DNA from: Phoronis australis
Taxonomy: Eukaryota > Animalia > Phoronida
Length of the DNA stretch: 64,000 bases
Direction: 5' to 3'
Assembly: GCA_002633005.1 (NCBI GenBank)
Contig: NMRA01000966.1
Span: 22,810-86,809 of the forward strand
The notes under the pieces are model-generated. The model did not search any database and had not been told where the DNA came from. It saw only the letters and a list, made by a program, of their open reading frames with translations. How positions within the stretch are numbered: position 1 is the first letter of the stretch; every line of letters begins with the position of its first letter. Shown here piece after piece: positions 62,951-64,000 of this stretch. Position numbers and translations under genes: made by a program.

Positions 62951-64000
62951 CAGCTATTTCTCCTTGTGGCAATTTTAATCTTTTTAAATTAGCTAGGGGT
63001 GGATCCAGAATTTTGAGTTAGGTGGGCCAGGGCAGAGAATTAGCCAGGATTTAACCATCAAACATTCGCATCCCCGAACTGCCAAATGGAACCTGGGAGA
63101 ATTTTAGCGGTGGCCATGGCCCCCTTGGCCCCCCTTCCCCTTAAATCTGCTACTGTTCGACTCCGTATGTTTTAGAGTTCCTTGACAGATTTTCATGAAA
63201 TTTCAACTGGCAAACAGGTTTCTTTTCAGGGCACTTTCTAAGATGTGTTTAAAGAGAAGTTATCTTAAATATGCATTCTTAAATCTACAAAACACCCTCA
63301 CATACAGGCATTTGTGCTTAAAACGTTTGAACCGTTTCACTCTGTAGTTTTAGCATACATTAGCCAAGTCATTCTAAAGGACCTTTTCTCACCAATAACA
63401 TTTTAAACCGGCTTTAAACCAGTCTGCATTCTTCAAACAGCATTTGATTTATACATCTCACTGCTTTGAAAATTAGTGTCAACTTGATACTTACTCAGAT
63501 GAGGAACAATTTACGATATTACGATATTACTATGTGCTAGCAAAGAAATGGTAGTTTGTTAGTGCTTGAGGTTATGATTGGCTCATAACATGACCTGCCA
63601 AAGCAAGCTGAGTGGTTGAGCCTGATCTCAACCAATAGCCACATTCTCACCAAGCCCATTAAGTATCTTTAATCGGAGTAAGGAGTAAGTTAAGACCAAG
63701 TTAGGTTAATTCCCAAAACAAAGGTAGTTAGATGTTTGATAGATGGTATAGATGGTATGTTATCAGCTGCTTTAAGCTTTTCGAGGCCCAATGTCTTTCC
63801 TAATTGTAAAAAGTGTGTGCTGCCTTTGACAGACTTGGAAATTTTTTTTATGCGCCAACCTATTTATATGTGGACGCATTATAGTACTTTCCATTATTTC
63901 GAAATATTGTTATGTTCAGCTTGTTGACCTCCCTGTTCTGTGTTTGAGGTACTACTCTTCGGCCATTTGATTTCAGAGTTGATTAAGATTTTGTAGGATC

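Noticed and set aside
50000-64000. Further PLC-gamma exons
   Set aside because: No DIREIKEIR-like continuation was recognised; the intron probably extends beyond the window.
1-64000. Novel multi-gene or prokaryote-type system
   Set aside because: Only three well-known eukaryotic genes and transposon debris are supported; no intact unknown gene was found.

Overview
AT-rich, intron-rich animal genomic DNA, not prokaryotic; a marine invertebrate deuterostome is my guess from the proteins and repeat types. Three spliced genes can be reconstructed by hand with GT..AG sites and consistent phases. (1) The last 5 coding exons of the DEAD-box helicase DDX1 (+, 12707-23283); no upstream DDX1 exon was recognised in the first 12.7 kb. 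(2) A complete UBA2/SAE2 SUMO E1 subunit (-, ATG 46939, stop 26963, 16 coding exons, 618 or 620 aa), convergent with DDX1. (3) The first coding exon of a phospholipase C-gamma (+, 49798-49999), divergent from UBA2. The rest is intron or intergenic DNA crowded with mobile elements: non-autonomous DNA transposons with visible TIR/TSD pairs of several superfamilies, two decayed THAP copies, a Penelope GIY-YIG fragment with a degenerate hammerhead, a LINE RT remnant, foldback elements and minisatellites. No novel multi-gene system is evident. The most striking feature is an LTR-like cassette in UBA2 intron 7 with five heat-shock-element clusters, a TATA box and an Inr-like site, oriented antisense to the SUMO E1 gene. 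Coordinates were counted by eye and family assignments come from recall, not database searches.
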